64,000 bases of DNA, taken from assembly GCF_963921235.1 (NCBI RefSeq), contig NC_086097.1, forward strand, positions 61,134,001 to 61,198,000. The letters run 5' to 3'. The DNA is from Mobula hypostoma. Lineage: Eukaryota. Every line of letters starts with the position of its first letter. Within the stretch, counting starts at the first letter, position 1. The translations under genes and the position numbers were made by a program. Below the pieces are notes generated by a model, which was not told where the DNA came from, ran no database searches, and saw nothing but the letters and a program-made list of their open reading frames with translations. Positions 10,251 to 23,264 of the stretch are shown here, one piece after another.

Positions 10251-13090
10251 ACTCCCACATCCTCATCCAAGTCATTTATATTAGAAATATCAAGGATCTC
10301 TGCACATTACAAACACCAAGTCATTCACTTCAAATATCAATGCCAGCACCACTAGTTACGGTAGTTTGATCACAAAAAGAATGTTCCACCATCACTCCCT
10401 ATCTCCTTTGGCTAACCTGCTTGAGCTCCTATGAACCCTAACCTTTTAAAACAGTCTTCCATGTAGGATCTTTTCAAACACCTTGCTAAAGCACATACAA
10501 ATCACATCTATTACATTGACCTCACCATACATCTTATCTCTTCAAAGAATTCACTCAATTTTCTCAGGCAGGATCTGCCTTTAACAAACCCTGTTGGCTC
10601 TATCTTTCTTTTCAATTGATTATTAATTATTTCCTTTGTTTTTGAAAATTTTTTGCTCTTCCCTCCTGGTGAATTTAGTCTTAGTTATCAAGCTTTTCCC
10701 TACCTTTTTTTTGGGAAAGACAAACCACATTTGCTGTTCTCCTGTCATCTGGTACCTCACGTATGTCCAGGAAAACCTTAAAAATCCAGGCCAGAACCCC
10801 AGAAATCTCTTCCCTTGCCTCCTGTAGCAGACTGATACAAATCCCACACTGTTCTAGGATTTAACCATCTTCAAACTTCTTTATTCATGGTGATCTGGAC
10901 TAGACTTTCACCTACCTTTTCACTGAATTCTCTAAATGTAAAGTTTGCTTTCTTTGTGAATACTACTGAAAAATGTTCATATTGGACTTTGCCTATACCT
11001 TCCGTCTTGACATGCAGATTAAACCTGTTGTCCCTAATTGGCTCTACTTTTTCTCTGGCTATTCTTTTGCCCGTAATTTAAGCCCTCCTGAAGACCTACC
11101 TTAATCTTGTCTGCCAATGATTTTCTTTGCCCCCCCCCCCCCCGCTTAACCATCTTGATTTACAGGTTAAGCACCTCCCTACAGTTACTCTATACTTGAC
11201 AGGCTTTTCCTCTCATATAGTTCCTTTTCATTGTCCGCATGTGAAATGTCATGGAGAGAGGTCAGGAAAATCGGGTTGGGAGGGACAATAAATCATCTGT
11301 GATGGAATGGCGGAACAGACTCAATGGGCCCAATGGTTTAATACTTGTCCAGTTATGCATGCTCTCATATGCATGTCCTCTTTATCAGATCCCCTATATT
11401 CCTCAACATCTAGGATCCCAATACTTGTTACCCCTAACTTTTACCCTGACAGGTTACATCTTGGTTTGAAATCTTATTAATTCTCCTTTAAATGCTTTGC
11501 ACTTTGCAGATATAGACATAACCGTAATAGGTTCATGCCGGTCAAACTTATCCTTTTATATAATCTATTAAAAATATATATTTATGGCCACTATCACTAA
11601 AATGCTCCTCCACTGACATTTGCTCCACTTGAGCAGTTACATTCCCCAGGATAAGAAAGAGTGATACCCTTTTCCCCATTGCTCTACCTATATACTGCTT
11701 CAAAAGGCTCTTCAGGACATACGTGAAAAGTTCCGCCTCCTTTAAGCCTTTAAACCTAAAGCAATCTCACTTAATAGTTAGAAAATTGAAATCCTTGAGT
11801 ATGATAACCCTATTTTATCGATTTCCTGATATCTACCATTACATTTGTTCCTCTACTTCCTGTTGACTTTTAGGAGGTTGTAGTATTCTGCCCCTTGCCA
11901 CCCCTAGCAAAGTGACATATTTTTGCTTTTAATTGAAACCTAGATAACCTCATTTGAGGGCCCCTCTAAAATATCCTCCTTCAGTACTGAAGTAATGAAA
12001 TCATTGACTAACGTTGCAATATCTTCACTCATTTTTCCCTTTCTCCTTCTCCTCCTCAGTCTTGCCTGAAAATTCTATACACAAGAATACTTTTAACAGT
12101 CTTGCCCATCCTTCATCCATGTCATGGTAATAGCATTAATATCATAGACCTCCACTCCTTTTACTTTGAACTTTGCTTTAATCAATTTTACCAATTATAC
12201 TCCTTGCATTCAAATAAATGCAATTTAGGTTTGAATTCCATTCTTGTTCATTTGTCTTTTTATCCTGCTGACTAGACTTACAGTTATCTAGAGGAAAATA
12301 TTTAGTATCTCTCCATCTGAACAGCTACTCTCAGTCCTAACTTAATTTCAGTATAACCCAAGAGCACTTGCAAACCTCCAAGCAAGGATGTTGATCCCAA
12401 ACTGTTCAAGATGCTGCTTGTATAGGTCCCATCTTCCCCAGAAATGGTCCCAATAGTCCGAGAACCTAAAGTCTAGCTTCCAGCACCATCCCCTCAGCCA
12501 CATATTCATCCGACTTATCTTTCTAATACAGTACTATACTCAGTTCATCATAACATTGGAAGCAATCCAAAGATTAAAATTTTTGAGGTGTTGCTTTATA
12601 AATAGCTGCCCAGCTTTCTAAACTCATGTTGCAGGACCTCATTCCCACTCCTATGTAAATTATTGATACCAACATGTGCCACAACCTCTGGTTGTCCACC
12701 CTCCCCCTTCAGAATATCTGCAGCCAAAGACAATTTCTTGACTTTGGTACATGTGAAGAAACTTACCAACCTTCCACTTGCTCTGTCCCCTGGTCATATT
12801 AGCCAGCCCTCCCTCCCCCATACCTGCCCTTACTGCACACCCTTCATGGTGCCAACAACTGGACTGTTACTGCTTTTCTTCTCTGGGAGGATATCCTTCC
12901 CCCAAGTATGTCAGCTGGAGAGGGGGATGACTTACATTATCGCCTTGTCCTGACTTCTCTTCCTGGTGGTGACCTATCTTCACTCTTTCTGTACCTGTGG
13001 TGTGACCAGCTTGCAAGGCCTCTTTTCTGCTACATTTTCTATATTCTGCATGCTTCATATCAAGTCCACTGACAGTTCTATCTGCTCTCA
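10251..13090 (-). mobile_element. Old, degenerate CR1 LINE (ORF2 endonuclease/RT and ORF1 esterase remnants)
   Basis: Decayed D.SKAFDK region at 10460-10520 and GDFN near 11780. 12600-12750 resembles the CR1 ORF1 SGNH-esterase segment (VVVHIGTND) also seen at 31040-31075. Confidence 0.7.
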
Positions 13091-13373
13091 GCAGTCAGGA
13101 CAGAACATGCACCCGACTGATGGCTTAGTCGTCAGCAACACTGGAAATCGGTGAGCTCTAAGTGGAGAAAGCATCTGGAAGTAAAGGCAGACTTGCTATC
13201 AGTGGAGAAAATTATTCATTATCAATTATTCTAAAGCTATTACATTTTAGTGGTGCAGACAGAATACATTTTCCATATCCCTAAAGGAAAATTTCAGAAG
13301 CGGCAAAGTCTCAAAGACTGGTTTGTTGATAAGACTATTTTTGAATGAAATATCATGAGCAGGGTGTACTTAC

Positions 13374-13465
13374 AGAATGAATATCAGAAGCAGTCAAAAT
13401 AAGGATCAGAAAGAGGATACCAAACACTAACAACAGTGTTAATGCTCTGTGTACAAGAGACACCA
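13374..13465 (-). other. Candidate host exon encoding a hydrophobic (transmembrane or signal-like) peptide
   Basis: Acceptor ttttcAG and donor GTAAGT on the minus strand flank a 92-nt segment that reads xVSLVHRALTLLLVFGILFLILILTASDIHS. It lies in non-repetitive DNA. No homology recognised. Confidence 0.3.
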
Positions 13466-14089
13466 CTGAAAACAATTCAGTTGAACTTTACTGGTCTGCT
13501 GAAGCAAAAGAAAATCATTCTATAAATCAATGAACTTTTCATCAATACTACTTAAAATCAACACCTTATCGTAATGTCTTTAAGCACTTTCAGAACTTGC
13601 CATTAGAGTTCATAGCCTAACCTTCATCTGGACTTTTTCTTTCAATCATCTAATCAGCATTTGGCCTACAATAAATCTCCCAAGTAACGTGGCTTGTTAT
13701 TGAATATACTTACCACATTCACTGTGGGGTTTCACACCGATAATTGGTTATTGTTGTACAGCATCTTAATAAGTGGAGCTTCTAATGTTTTGTAAAAGAA
13801 ACAGAATATTTATTGACAACACTGTGTTGCAGTGCTATATGATTCTAAGTATGAAATTGTTCTCCAATTTTGACAGGCCAGGTTTCATCACAGGAAATAA
13901 CCAACCATCTCCACTTAAGGCAGACATTGTTTTACAAGTAAAGCAGTCAATAAAACAATCCATTATAACCAGAGCTTCATCCTTCTTGACATCTGCCGTT
14001 GCACACTTGCACAGCTCTAATGATGTCCAATGAGAACTGAGAGACTGTTATATGCTAAGTCTCACTGAAATGTTGCTTGCACCTTTCAG

Positions 14090-15715
14090 CTGACTGTGCT
14101 ATTCAACCTGAGGGCTTCTCAGTTCATTGTATGGACCATATGGCATTCTCAGGTAAAGTTAGAGGCAAAGGGTCTGCTTCTTAATCAACTGCTTATGGTG
14201 TTTGGGGGTGACAGTTCAGCCGAGCCCCTGTTCACCCAACTTGGAGTATCTAATGATGACGTGGCATCCACACATATTGTCATTAAAGTTTGTTTCAGCT
14301 ATCCTGACAGCAGTCTACATCCCACCTCAGATACACATGAACCCTATACTCAATGAACTAAATTATTTTATCAGCAGATTTGAAACTGGAAACCCAGAAG
14401 TCCTCTTCATCATTGGCAGTAACTTCAACTAGGCCAACTTCAAGAGTGTGTATCACAATAGAACCAACATGTCTGCTGACCCACCAGGGGCCCAAGTACC
14501 TTTTCCCTTTGCTGTCCAACCAGCAAAAATACCGACAGAGCTACTCCCTGCAGATCAGACCACAGGCTGAGCTCCTTCTCCCTGCTTACAAACAGAAACT
14601 AAAACAAGAGAATCCAGGACAGGAAGTTGTACAGTTGTGGTCCTGAAGAAACAGATGATATTCGACGTGATTGCTTTGAGTTGGTAGACTGGTCTATGTT
14701 TAAAGATTGAGCTGCCAGCCTAGATGAGTAGGTCACTACCATCATTGACTTTATCAGCAAGTATGTTGAGGACTGTGTACAAAAGAGGACAGAAGCCAGA
14801 AACTACGGATGACCCGGGAGATCCACTCTCTCTCTCAAGTCCATGTCTGCAACTTTTAAATCAGGTGATGCTGACCTTTATAAGAAATCACAATATGACT
14901 TAAAAGGTGTCAGAGTTGCTAAGAGATAGTATCATTCCAAAATTCACTCCCAGTTCATCTGTCAGCTGTGGCAGAACTTACTTGCTATTACAGGCTACAA
15001 AAAAATTATCGTGCAACATCATTGACAGCAGCACATCACTTCCTGATGAATTTAACACCTTCCATACATCTCTTGAACAGAAGGGAATGACCTGAATTGA
15101 TGTAAAATCAGTCTTCTGGAGAAATGAACCTGCAGTAAGCATTGGGCAATAAGATAGTGTCCACGGCTGTGTATTTAACTCCTGTGCAGATCAGCTACCA
15201 GGGGTATGTGTGGATGTGTTTCACTCTCCCACTTCAGCTTGTGGTTTCCTCCTGCACAAAGAAGATCACTATCATGACAGTACCCAAGAGAACTAATGTA
15301 ATGTGCCTTGATGACTACTGCCCAGAGACTGTAACATCTACCATCATGAAGTGTTTTAAGAGGCTGGTCATGGAACACATCAACTCAAACATTCCAGACA
15401 ATCTCAAGTCATTACAATTTGCCTACCACCGAAACATCATCTCCCTGGCCCTGCTGGAGCAGCTGAACAGTAAAGACACCTATGTCAGGCTACTATTTAT
15501 TGACTATAGTTCTGTCTTAAATACCATTATTCCAAGCAAACCCATCACTAAACTCTGGATGCTGACAGTTAATGGCTCTCTCTACCACTGGATCCTTGAC
15601 TTGATGATTAAGAAACACAATTAGTAAGGACAGGCAGCAACATCTCCAGCATGATTATTCTAAACACTAGTGAGGTTGCACCCTCAGCCCCTTACTCTAC
15701 TCCCTATATACTCAG
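14090..15715 (+). mobile_element. Degenerate Rex1/Babar-type LINE (endonuclease and RT)
   Basis: AVYIPPQ..FIIGSNFN (APE endonuclease); MKCFKRLV..LQFAY..YVRLLFIDYSS (ORF 15142-15624). Confidence 0.85.
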
Positions 15716-15837
15716 AAAATGGTTTTAGTCACGTACAGAATCTGTAGGAATCGAGATGTTATGGTGCATATGCACAAGGCATCAGTGAGTCTACATTTGG
15801 TATATTGTGTTGCGTTCTGGTCACCCTGCCACATAAA

Positions 15838-16040
15838 AGATAGATAGATAGATACTTTATTGATCCCAAAGGAAATTACAAGAGTCACAGTAGCATTACA
15901 AGTACACAGATATACAAATATTAGAAGAGAAGTAAGAAAGAATGAAAAAAAGCTATCTCAAACAGTCTAACAGGTGGGGGTCATCACTTCCCTGGCTATA
16001 GGTTGACTCATTATAGAGCCTAATGGCCGAGGATAAGGAC
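15838..16040 (-). mobile_element. LINE 3' end fragment (Rex/L2-type) with (GATA)n tail
   Basis: (gata)4 followed by ctttattgatcc, a poly(A) signal on the minus strand. Confidence 0.55.
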
Positions 16041-17161
16041 ATCTCAGTTCTCAACTCTGCCACAATCTCCTTTTCCACTCCTCAGGGCAGGCTATTCATG
16101 GTTATCTCACCACAGAGTACCACTATCGAGGACTGTACCCTGTTGACGGAAGCCTCCCATGCCTCTGATGCATTCTCTTCCTCTCATATTTTTCTAATCA
16201 GTTCAACAAACAAGGGAGGGGGACGCATCTTACGAGACAGTTGGAGAGCCCAAGCAACCAGATCTTGGTTTCGGCTAGCAAGGGGCCATTCAGGTGTCTG
16301 GTGGATCAGTTAACAATATTCGAAAGATGTAGGTATAAAGCTTCCCCCGCTTCTCCTGATGCATGTTCTGAAACCCCATCATGAGCTCCATTGGGCTTCC
16401 TGTCGTGCCAAAAGCATTTTCCAGTGCTCGTAAGTAATTGCCCATAGTTACTAGGGCATACCAGGGTTTGACGGCTCTCATGATGTCAGCAGCCCACCCA
16501 CTCAAACTCTCAACCAATTTCTGTCACTTTACATCATCAGAGCACTGCCACTCATCTAACAACTGAGAGGTCTGCTCCACCCAAGTCTCATACTCCTCTT
16601 TCCCTTTAGGGGTGGGCGACATTCCAGAAAATGGTGGGAACCTACCATAGCTGGGACTTTGGAACTGGGGATTTTTCCATTTATTCACCAGAGCAGTCAG
16701 GGCAGATACTAACTTGGAATTCCTACTCTTCCCTCAGAGATGTGGGCTGATTAGACATTCCAAATCCGACCACTCTTTCCCCTTGCTTCTCAGAAATGAT
16801 AAAACCCTGTCTTTGAAATCTCTACCCCCAGCTACAGGAAATTCGACTTGAGATTTGGTACACTCGGCTACCGTTATGTCAGTGGTAGTCTGCAGTAAAA
16901 CAAAATCTGCGCCTGCTATTTTCTGCAATTTTTACGGTACTTAACAGGCGAATTAACAATTCATCCGGAGTACAAATAACTACCCAACCCAACACGCATG
17001 CATTAGTTACCGGTAACCCCTGTTGAAGAAAACCTCTGCTCCACCCCAGCAGCATCCATATTAGCACAAACTTAAAACACAATTCACTGGTTCAAAGCTC
17101 AGGGCAATCACACTGCGTCCAATGAAATCAATCCCGAACGATACCCGCACAATTGTAACAG

Positions 17162-18702
17162 AGAAACATAAAAACATGGAAAACCTACAGCACATATCCT
17201 TATCTTAGAAATTACCCAGGGTTACCCATACCACTCTATTTTGCTAAGCTCCATGTACCTATCCAGGAGTCTCTTAAAAGACCCTATCGTATCTGCCTCC
17301 ACCACTGCCGCTGGCAGCCTATTCCATGCACTCACCACTCGCTGTGTAAAAATCATATCCCTGATATCTCCTCTGTACCTACTTCCAAGCACCTTAAAAT
17401 GGTGCACTGTCATGGAACCCATTTCGCCCCTGGGAAAAAGCCTCTGACTATCCACACAATCAATAGCTCTCATCATCTTATATGCCTCTATCAGGTCACT
17501 TCTTATCCTCCATCGCTCCAAGGAGAAAAGGCTGAGTTCATTCAACCTATTTTCATAAAGCATACTCCCCAATCCAGGCAACATCCTTGTAAATCTCCTC
17601 TGCACCCTTCCTGTGGTTTCCACATCTTTTCTGTAGTGAGACGACCAGAACTGAACACAAGTGGGGTCTGACCAGAGTCCTATATAGCTGCAACATTACC
17701 TCTTGGCTCCGAAACTCAATCCCACTATTAATGAAGGCCAATGCACTGTATGCCTTCTTAACCACACAGACAACTTGCACTGCAGTTTTGAGGGTCCTAT
17801 GGACTCGGACCCCAAGATCCCTCTGATTCTCCACACTGCCAAGAGTCTTACCATTAACATTATGTTCTGCCATCATATTTGACCTACCAAAATGAGCCAC
17901 CTCACATTTATCTGTGAACTCCATTTGCCACTTCTCAGCCCAGTTTTGCATCCTATCGATATCCCACTCTAACCTCCGATAGCCCTCCACACTAACCACA
18001 ACATCTCCAACATTTGTGTCAGCAGCAAATACACTAACCCATCCCTCCACTTCCTCATCTAAGTCATTTATAAAAGTCACGAAGAGTAGGGGTCCCAGAA
18101 GACAGCCCTGAGGCACACCACTGGTCACCCACCTCCATACAGAATATGACCCATCTATAACCACTCTTTGCCTTCTCTGGGAAAGCTAGTTCTGGATACA
18201 TAAAGCAATGCCCCCTTGGATCCCATGCCACCTTACTTTCTCAATAAGCCTTGCATGGGGTACCTTATCAAATGCTTTGCTGAAATCTATATACACTACA
18301 TCTAGTACTCTACCTTCAACAATGTGTTTAGTTACATCCTCAAAAAATTCAATCAGGCTCGTAAGGTACAACTTGCCTTTGACAAAGCCATGCTGACTAT
18401 TCCTAATCATATTATGCCTCTCCAAATGTTCATACATCCTTCCTCTCAGGATCTTCTCCATCAACTTACCAACCACTGCAATAAGACTCACTGGTCTATA
18501 ATATCCTGGGCTATCTGTACTCCCTTTCTTGAATAAGGAAGCAACATCTGCAACCTTCCAATCCTCCGGAACCTCTCCCATCCCCATTGATGATGCAAAG
18601 ATCATTACCAGTGGCTCAGCAATCTCCTCCCTCACCTCCCACAATAGCCTGGGGTACATCTTGTCCGGTCCCGGTGACTTATCCAACTTGATGCTTTCCA
18701 AC
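17162..18702 (-). mobile_element. CR1 LINE, 5'-truncated, inserted into the Gypsy LTR
   Basis: ORFs with KSPGPD, YRPVSL, DFSKAFDKVPH, SGVPQG and RSDLIEAYK. Confidence 0.95.
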
Positions 18703-18961
18703 AGGTTTGGCCAACTGTGTTAATCTAAGGGCAGACAGCCTCCGGCTCAGACAAACTTGAGAAATCTTTTTTGGGTGGATGCTGCATGATGTATTCCCCT
18801 GTTACAAATCAGTACCATGAAGTAACAAAGTACAGAATATGCAATTAAACAATTGAGCTTTATAATTCTTAATTTGACTATAGGATTAGTAAAGAAAACA
18901 AAAAGAAAAATGGCCCATCTGAATGAAGCAGTCTAATGTACACATTGGAATTCATTGTTTT

Positions 18962-19178
18962 TGTCATGGTCTGGTCTTAAGTCCGCATTCCGGTTCACAG
19001 TCCGGTCTGTTTACTCAGGACTCCGGGTCTTCCAGCTGTCCCTTGTTTTGTTTGAGTTAATCATAGGCACCTGATTGCCATCTTGGGGCTCGGAATATAA
19101 GTAGCCTTAGGGTCGAGTGTGGGCTGTTGTGGTGGTAATGCACCAATAAGCTGGATGTCAACTGCTGTAAAACAAGAT

Positions 19179-19223
<45 letters not shown>

Positions 19224-20112
19224 GTGGGCTGCTGGTTTGTCTTGTCAAGATCTCCTGGGAGCAACCTGCTGGTGGAAGGCTAGAGTGGCCACTTGTCATC
19301 TTTAGGCTGTGTTAGAGACCATCACTTCATGGAGCCTTGCTGTCAGTAGTTGGAGCTGTCTTTGCAGTATGGATTTGGCTGTTTCCCAGGACAGCTGAGT
19401 GGCTACCAGTCACTCTGAGCTAGGTAGGAATCTGGCTGTTTCTGTAGCCAGCTGAGGTTGCTGGCTGAACTGAGACTCAGAGCTACCCTGAAGCAGAGAT
19501 GGAAATGTCTGTCATTCTTTAGTGTTTGTCTCTTCTTGTCCTCACCTCTGTGGGGTAAGCCAGGCTGTCTTGCTGTTGCCCTGTGGGGGGTTCTGTCTTG
19601 TCTTGTCCTTTCCTCTGCTGGGAAAGTCTGGCCATTCTGCTGTTACCCAACAGGTGGACCTGTTCTACCTTGGTGTGGAGATAAAGTTGAGTCCTGGCTT
19701 GTATATGGATGAGTCCTGGCTCTGTCTATGTACTGTCCAGTCTCATGTTAGTGTTGAGTTAAAGATGAGTCCTGACTTTTCGTAGGATAAGTCCTGGCTC
19801 TCTGTTGATGTACAGTTCCCAGTCTGTCTCTGAGCTCCACCCTCTGCATTCCAAGACTCAAGATTCCAGCTTGCAACCTCAAGACCCCAAACCTGTCTCC
19901 AAGCCTCCAGTCCTGCAGTCAAGTCATGTCCATGCCTGGTTCTGGGGCCCGAGCCCGAGGCAAGACCCAGATTCTAGGTCCTTGTCCAGTCTCTGGCTTG
20001 GGGTCCAAGCCCAAGTCTGCATTCTTGTCCCTATTCTAGTCAAGTCCTGTTACTTGTACTTCAGTGTCTGTGTCTTGCATTTGGGTCTGTTCCCAGTGCC
20101 TACATTGTGACA
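18962..20112 (+). mobile_element. Solo LTR (about 1150 bp) with a 5-bp TSD
   Basis: TGTCA...TGACA inverted termini. TSD GTTTT at 18957-18961 and 20113-20117. TATA-like tataag near 19096. Orientation is tentative. Confidence 0.85.
19179..19221. repeat. (CAGA)n microsatellite
   Basis: About 10 tandem copies, visible directly. Confidence 0.97.
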
Positions 20113-20406
20113 GTTTTCCCTTCTGGTCGTTCTCCATCAATTTCCCCTGGGCATCATCGGCTTCTGACCCCACTTGAAGTTCACTCAGTCCTGCAGTCTG
20201 TGACTTCCCCATTCTGACATCTCTCTCCATCTTCTCCCAAGCTGAAAGCCTGCAAATTCCCTTCTGTCAGGCACATAAGAAAGAAAAACATCTCACCTCA
20301 TTGGCCAGCGCACATTCCAAAGCCCCCATTATCTCTAGTCATAACCCAACCTGCAGCTACAGAGAAACCATTACATTAGCAGTGAACCCTTTCCTTGGGT
20401 GTTACA

Positions 20407-20765
20407 CTCCAAAGGAATTCAGTCTCCTCTGGAAGTAGAGGTGACTCTGGCCCTTCTGCGCAGCCTCTGTGTTGGTGCTCCACTCAAACTTGGAACCCAG
20501 GTGCACCCACAGATACTTGTAGTTCCTCACCATATCCACATCCTCACCTTCAACAGCAGCAGGGAGCAGTTCAGGCTTTGTCTTCCTAAAGTCCATCATC
20601 ATCTCCTTGTCTTTTTGATGTTGAGCTGCAGATGATTTAACTTGCACCATATGACAAAGTGCTCCATGAGGGCCCTGTATTCACCTTCCTGTCCTCCTTT
20701 TATACACCCAATTATTGGTGACTCATCAGAGAATTACTGCAGATGACATGACTCAGTGTTGTGTT
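20407..20765 (-). mobile_element. Rex1/Babar-type LINE RT fragment
   Basis: KEMMMDFRK..YKYLWVHL..QSHLYFQRRLNSF. Confidence 0.8.
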
Positions 20766-20799
20766 TAAAATCCAAGGTATACAGGGTATAAGATACTAT

Positions 20800-21530
20800 T
20801 AAACAGGAAATAGCGCAGAGGAGACCTATGAAGATGTTGCCATGACTCACAGGACAGAATTATGGTGCGAGTCTGAACAGTTTGGGACTTTTTCATTGGA
20901 CAGCAGAAAAATGAGTGAGCTCTCAGAAGTGCATAGAGGTGGCAGAATAGCATAATGGTTAGCACAACGCTTTACAATACCGACAATCTGGGTTCAATCC
21001 TCACTGCTGTCTGTAAGGAACTTGTACATTCTCCCTGTGCCCACGTGGGTGTCCTCTGAGTGCTCCAGTTTCCTTCTACAGTGCAAAGTTGTACTGGCTG
21101 GTTGGTTAATTGGCCATTGTAAATTGTCCTTTGATTAGGCTAGGGCCAAATTGTATTTTTTAGGTTGTGCGGCTGGAATGCCTGGAAGGACCTGTTCTGC
21201 ACTGGACCTCAATAGGTATGATCAATGTGCACAGTCTTTTTCCCTGGGTTAGGGAATCAAGGTCATAGGATAAACGGTGAGCGAGGAGAGATTTATTAGG
21301 AAATCCTTTCTCCCAGAGGGTGGTCAATATATGAAAGGAATTGCCAGAGGAAATGGTTAAGACAGCTACATTAACACTTAATATGTACTTGGACAAGTAC
21401 CGTACATGGACAGGAAAAGATTTGGAGTGATAGAAGTAAAACATGGGCAAATGGGTTAGATTCAATGGAAATTTTGGTCAGCACAAACTAATTAGCCAGA
21501 AGGGTCTGTTTTTGTGTTGTATAACTCTAA
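20800..21530 (+). mobile_element. Old CR1 3' fragment, interrupted by a SINE
   Basis: Decayed similarity to CR1 3' ends elsewhere in the window. Confidence 0.6.
20937..21205 (+). mobile_element. tRNA-derived V-SINE (HE1-like)
   Basis: A box (tagcataatggttag) and B box (gggttcaatcc), followed by V-domain-like ttgtacattctccctgtg..gtgggt..tgctccagtttcct..taattggccattgtaaattgtcc. Confidence 0.8.
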
Positions 21531-21599
21531 TTAACAAAATATTATTACAAGTCTTCTGTATGTGGCTTCTAATCCAGCAAGTCATTTTAGAACAACACA

Positions 21600-21900
21600 G
21601 GCATGCCTAGGAGAGCTGCTGCCACTCATCAAAAGCAAACTGACTTACATCCTGACCTTGGTGGCTGTCTGTGTGTTTACAAGTTCTCTCTGTGACTGTG
21701 TAGGTTTCTTTCAGATGCTCTGATTTCCTCCCATTTCCCAAAGTTAAATGGCCTCTATAAATTGCCCCAAGTGTTGGCGTGTGGTACAGTTCAGGAGGAA
21801 TTGATGGAAATGGTGGGAGAAAATAAGTGGATTTGGTGTAGACAGGTGGTTAATGGCCAGCACAGACATGGTGAAATGCAGGACCTAAGTCCAGCATGGT
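21600..21900 (+). mobile_element. Older V-SINE remnant
   Basis: gctgtctgtgtg..gttctctctgtgactgtgtaggtttct..gctctgatttcctccca..taaattgcccc, similar to 21005-21130. Confidence 0.6.
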
Positions 21901-23264
21901 GTTTTCACATAATCTTCTTTTATAAGTTGTGGTTAACTGTACACCTTTTTAACAAAGAGCTGTTGTCCAAAAATCTGGCAATTATACACTAAAATTGAAT
22001 GATAGAAATAGACAAAGTTGGTGCTTTCCTACAAGCATAGAGAAATTATAACTTATTGATGTCAAGGGTGTGTAATCATGTATAAAGAAAGCCATTATCA
22101 TGATTATTTACAAAATTTGAAAGGAGTCTCTACTTCTATTATAAAATAAAATGTGAAAATTAACATATTTGTTAGTTCAACTTTAGTGCATCCATTTTCT
22201 AATTATTGCTTCGATGGAGCACAACTGTTGGAACAGGTAGTGCTTTTGGGATTACATTGAATGGAACTCAATTAATTATTAACCATCTATGGTAGTAGAT
22301 ATGATACCATCTTGATGTGTTTTGCGTTGTTTTATAACATCCTTTCAATAAAATCACTAACATGTTAAAGTAAACCTCCTAACACTTTCATTAATATGGT
22401 GGACATGAAAATACCATTTGTAAGAATAACATCACCAGCTAATGAATAACATTACCTGTCATTTCTAGGGTAAACGTGTGATCTTTAGAGTGTGTTAGCA
22501 GGGCAAACATTGGTGCATCATGTGATTATTTTCAAATCTGTTCCTGTGACAAGTACAGTATCTAGCTGCCAAATAATGCAATAGAATTATGTAGCCTCAA
22601 CTCTATTTGGAATATTTGTTTTCTGCACACACTGCATAGCTAATAAAACAGGAGGTTTTGGATTTTAAATTAGAATACAAGTGTAGGTTAAGAATATAAT
22701 CACAAGCAGAGAGAAGTTCTGTGTTTTAGGCATTTTCCTCAATGTCTTTTACCTGTGAGGATATAGAGAGCCCCGTTGGAGTATTGGCAATTAATCACTT
22801 TAGGAGTGGGCATATGGAAGGAAATAATTTATTTAACTAGAAAATACTTTTAGCACAGTCAGCAAGTACTTCAATTACACTTGGATCAAAAAGGGACAAC
22901 AGATTTAATGAACATCAAGGAAATAAGTTAGTCTGCAGTTTGACATTTACTCTCACATGTGCTTCAGAGGGCGATTTAGGCCAATCAATAGCAACCAGTA
23001 ATGTTTGTAATTGCATTAATGTTCCATCAGAGCCAGCTTCTTACTAAGGTCTAAATCTAGTGCTCTGAAATTTCCAATGTGACCTGTCTCAGTATCTGTT
23101 TCTATGTAATGTCATAGATATTGGAATAGTTGATAATTTAAACAAGCAACAAAAATACATTATTAATGAAGGAGCTTACAGTATGAACTAATCTTTCTTC
23201 CCGAGGCCTTCTTTCCAGTGCCTTCAGAAACAAATATGATGGGCACTTTCCTAATTGAGCATGG

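Larger units (their letters stand above)
16050..20406 (-). mobile_element. Gypsy 5' remnant: LTR (17154-20406, with nested insertions), degenerate tRNA-Pro PBS, PNMA-like gag
   Basis: ORF 16290-16517 reads VESLSGWAADIMRA..YLRALENAFG..F...HQ...KL..YI.R, resembling the PNMA capsid domain. LTR termini are tgtaaca (17154) and tgttaca (20406). The reverse complement of 17131-17151 resembles TGGGGGCTCGTCCGGGAT. Confidence 0.78.

Noticed and set aside
11129..11143. Poly-C run, possible G-quadruplex
   Set aside because: Simple homopolymer inside a decayed CR1.
16290..16517. Host PNMA gene
   Set aside because: Contains stops and frameshifts and sits next to an LTR and PBS, so it is a retrotransposon gag relic.
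20937..21010. tRNA gene
   Set aside because: The A and B boxes continue into a SINE body, and no complete cloverleaf is evident.
22456..22565. Minus-strand exon-like segment with splice signals
   Set aside because: Stops in all three frames; could only be non-coding, with no further support.
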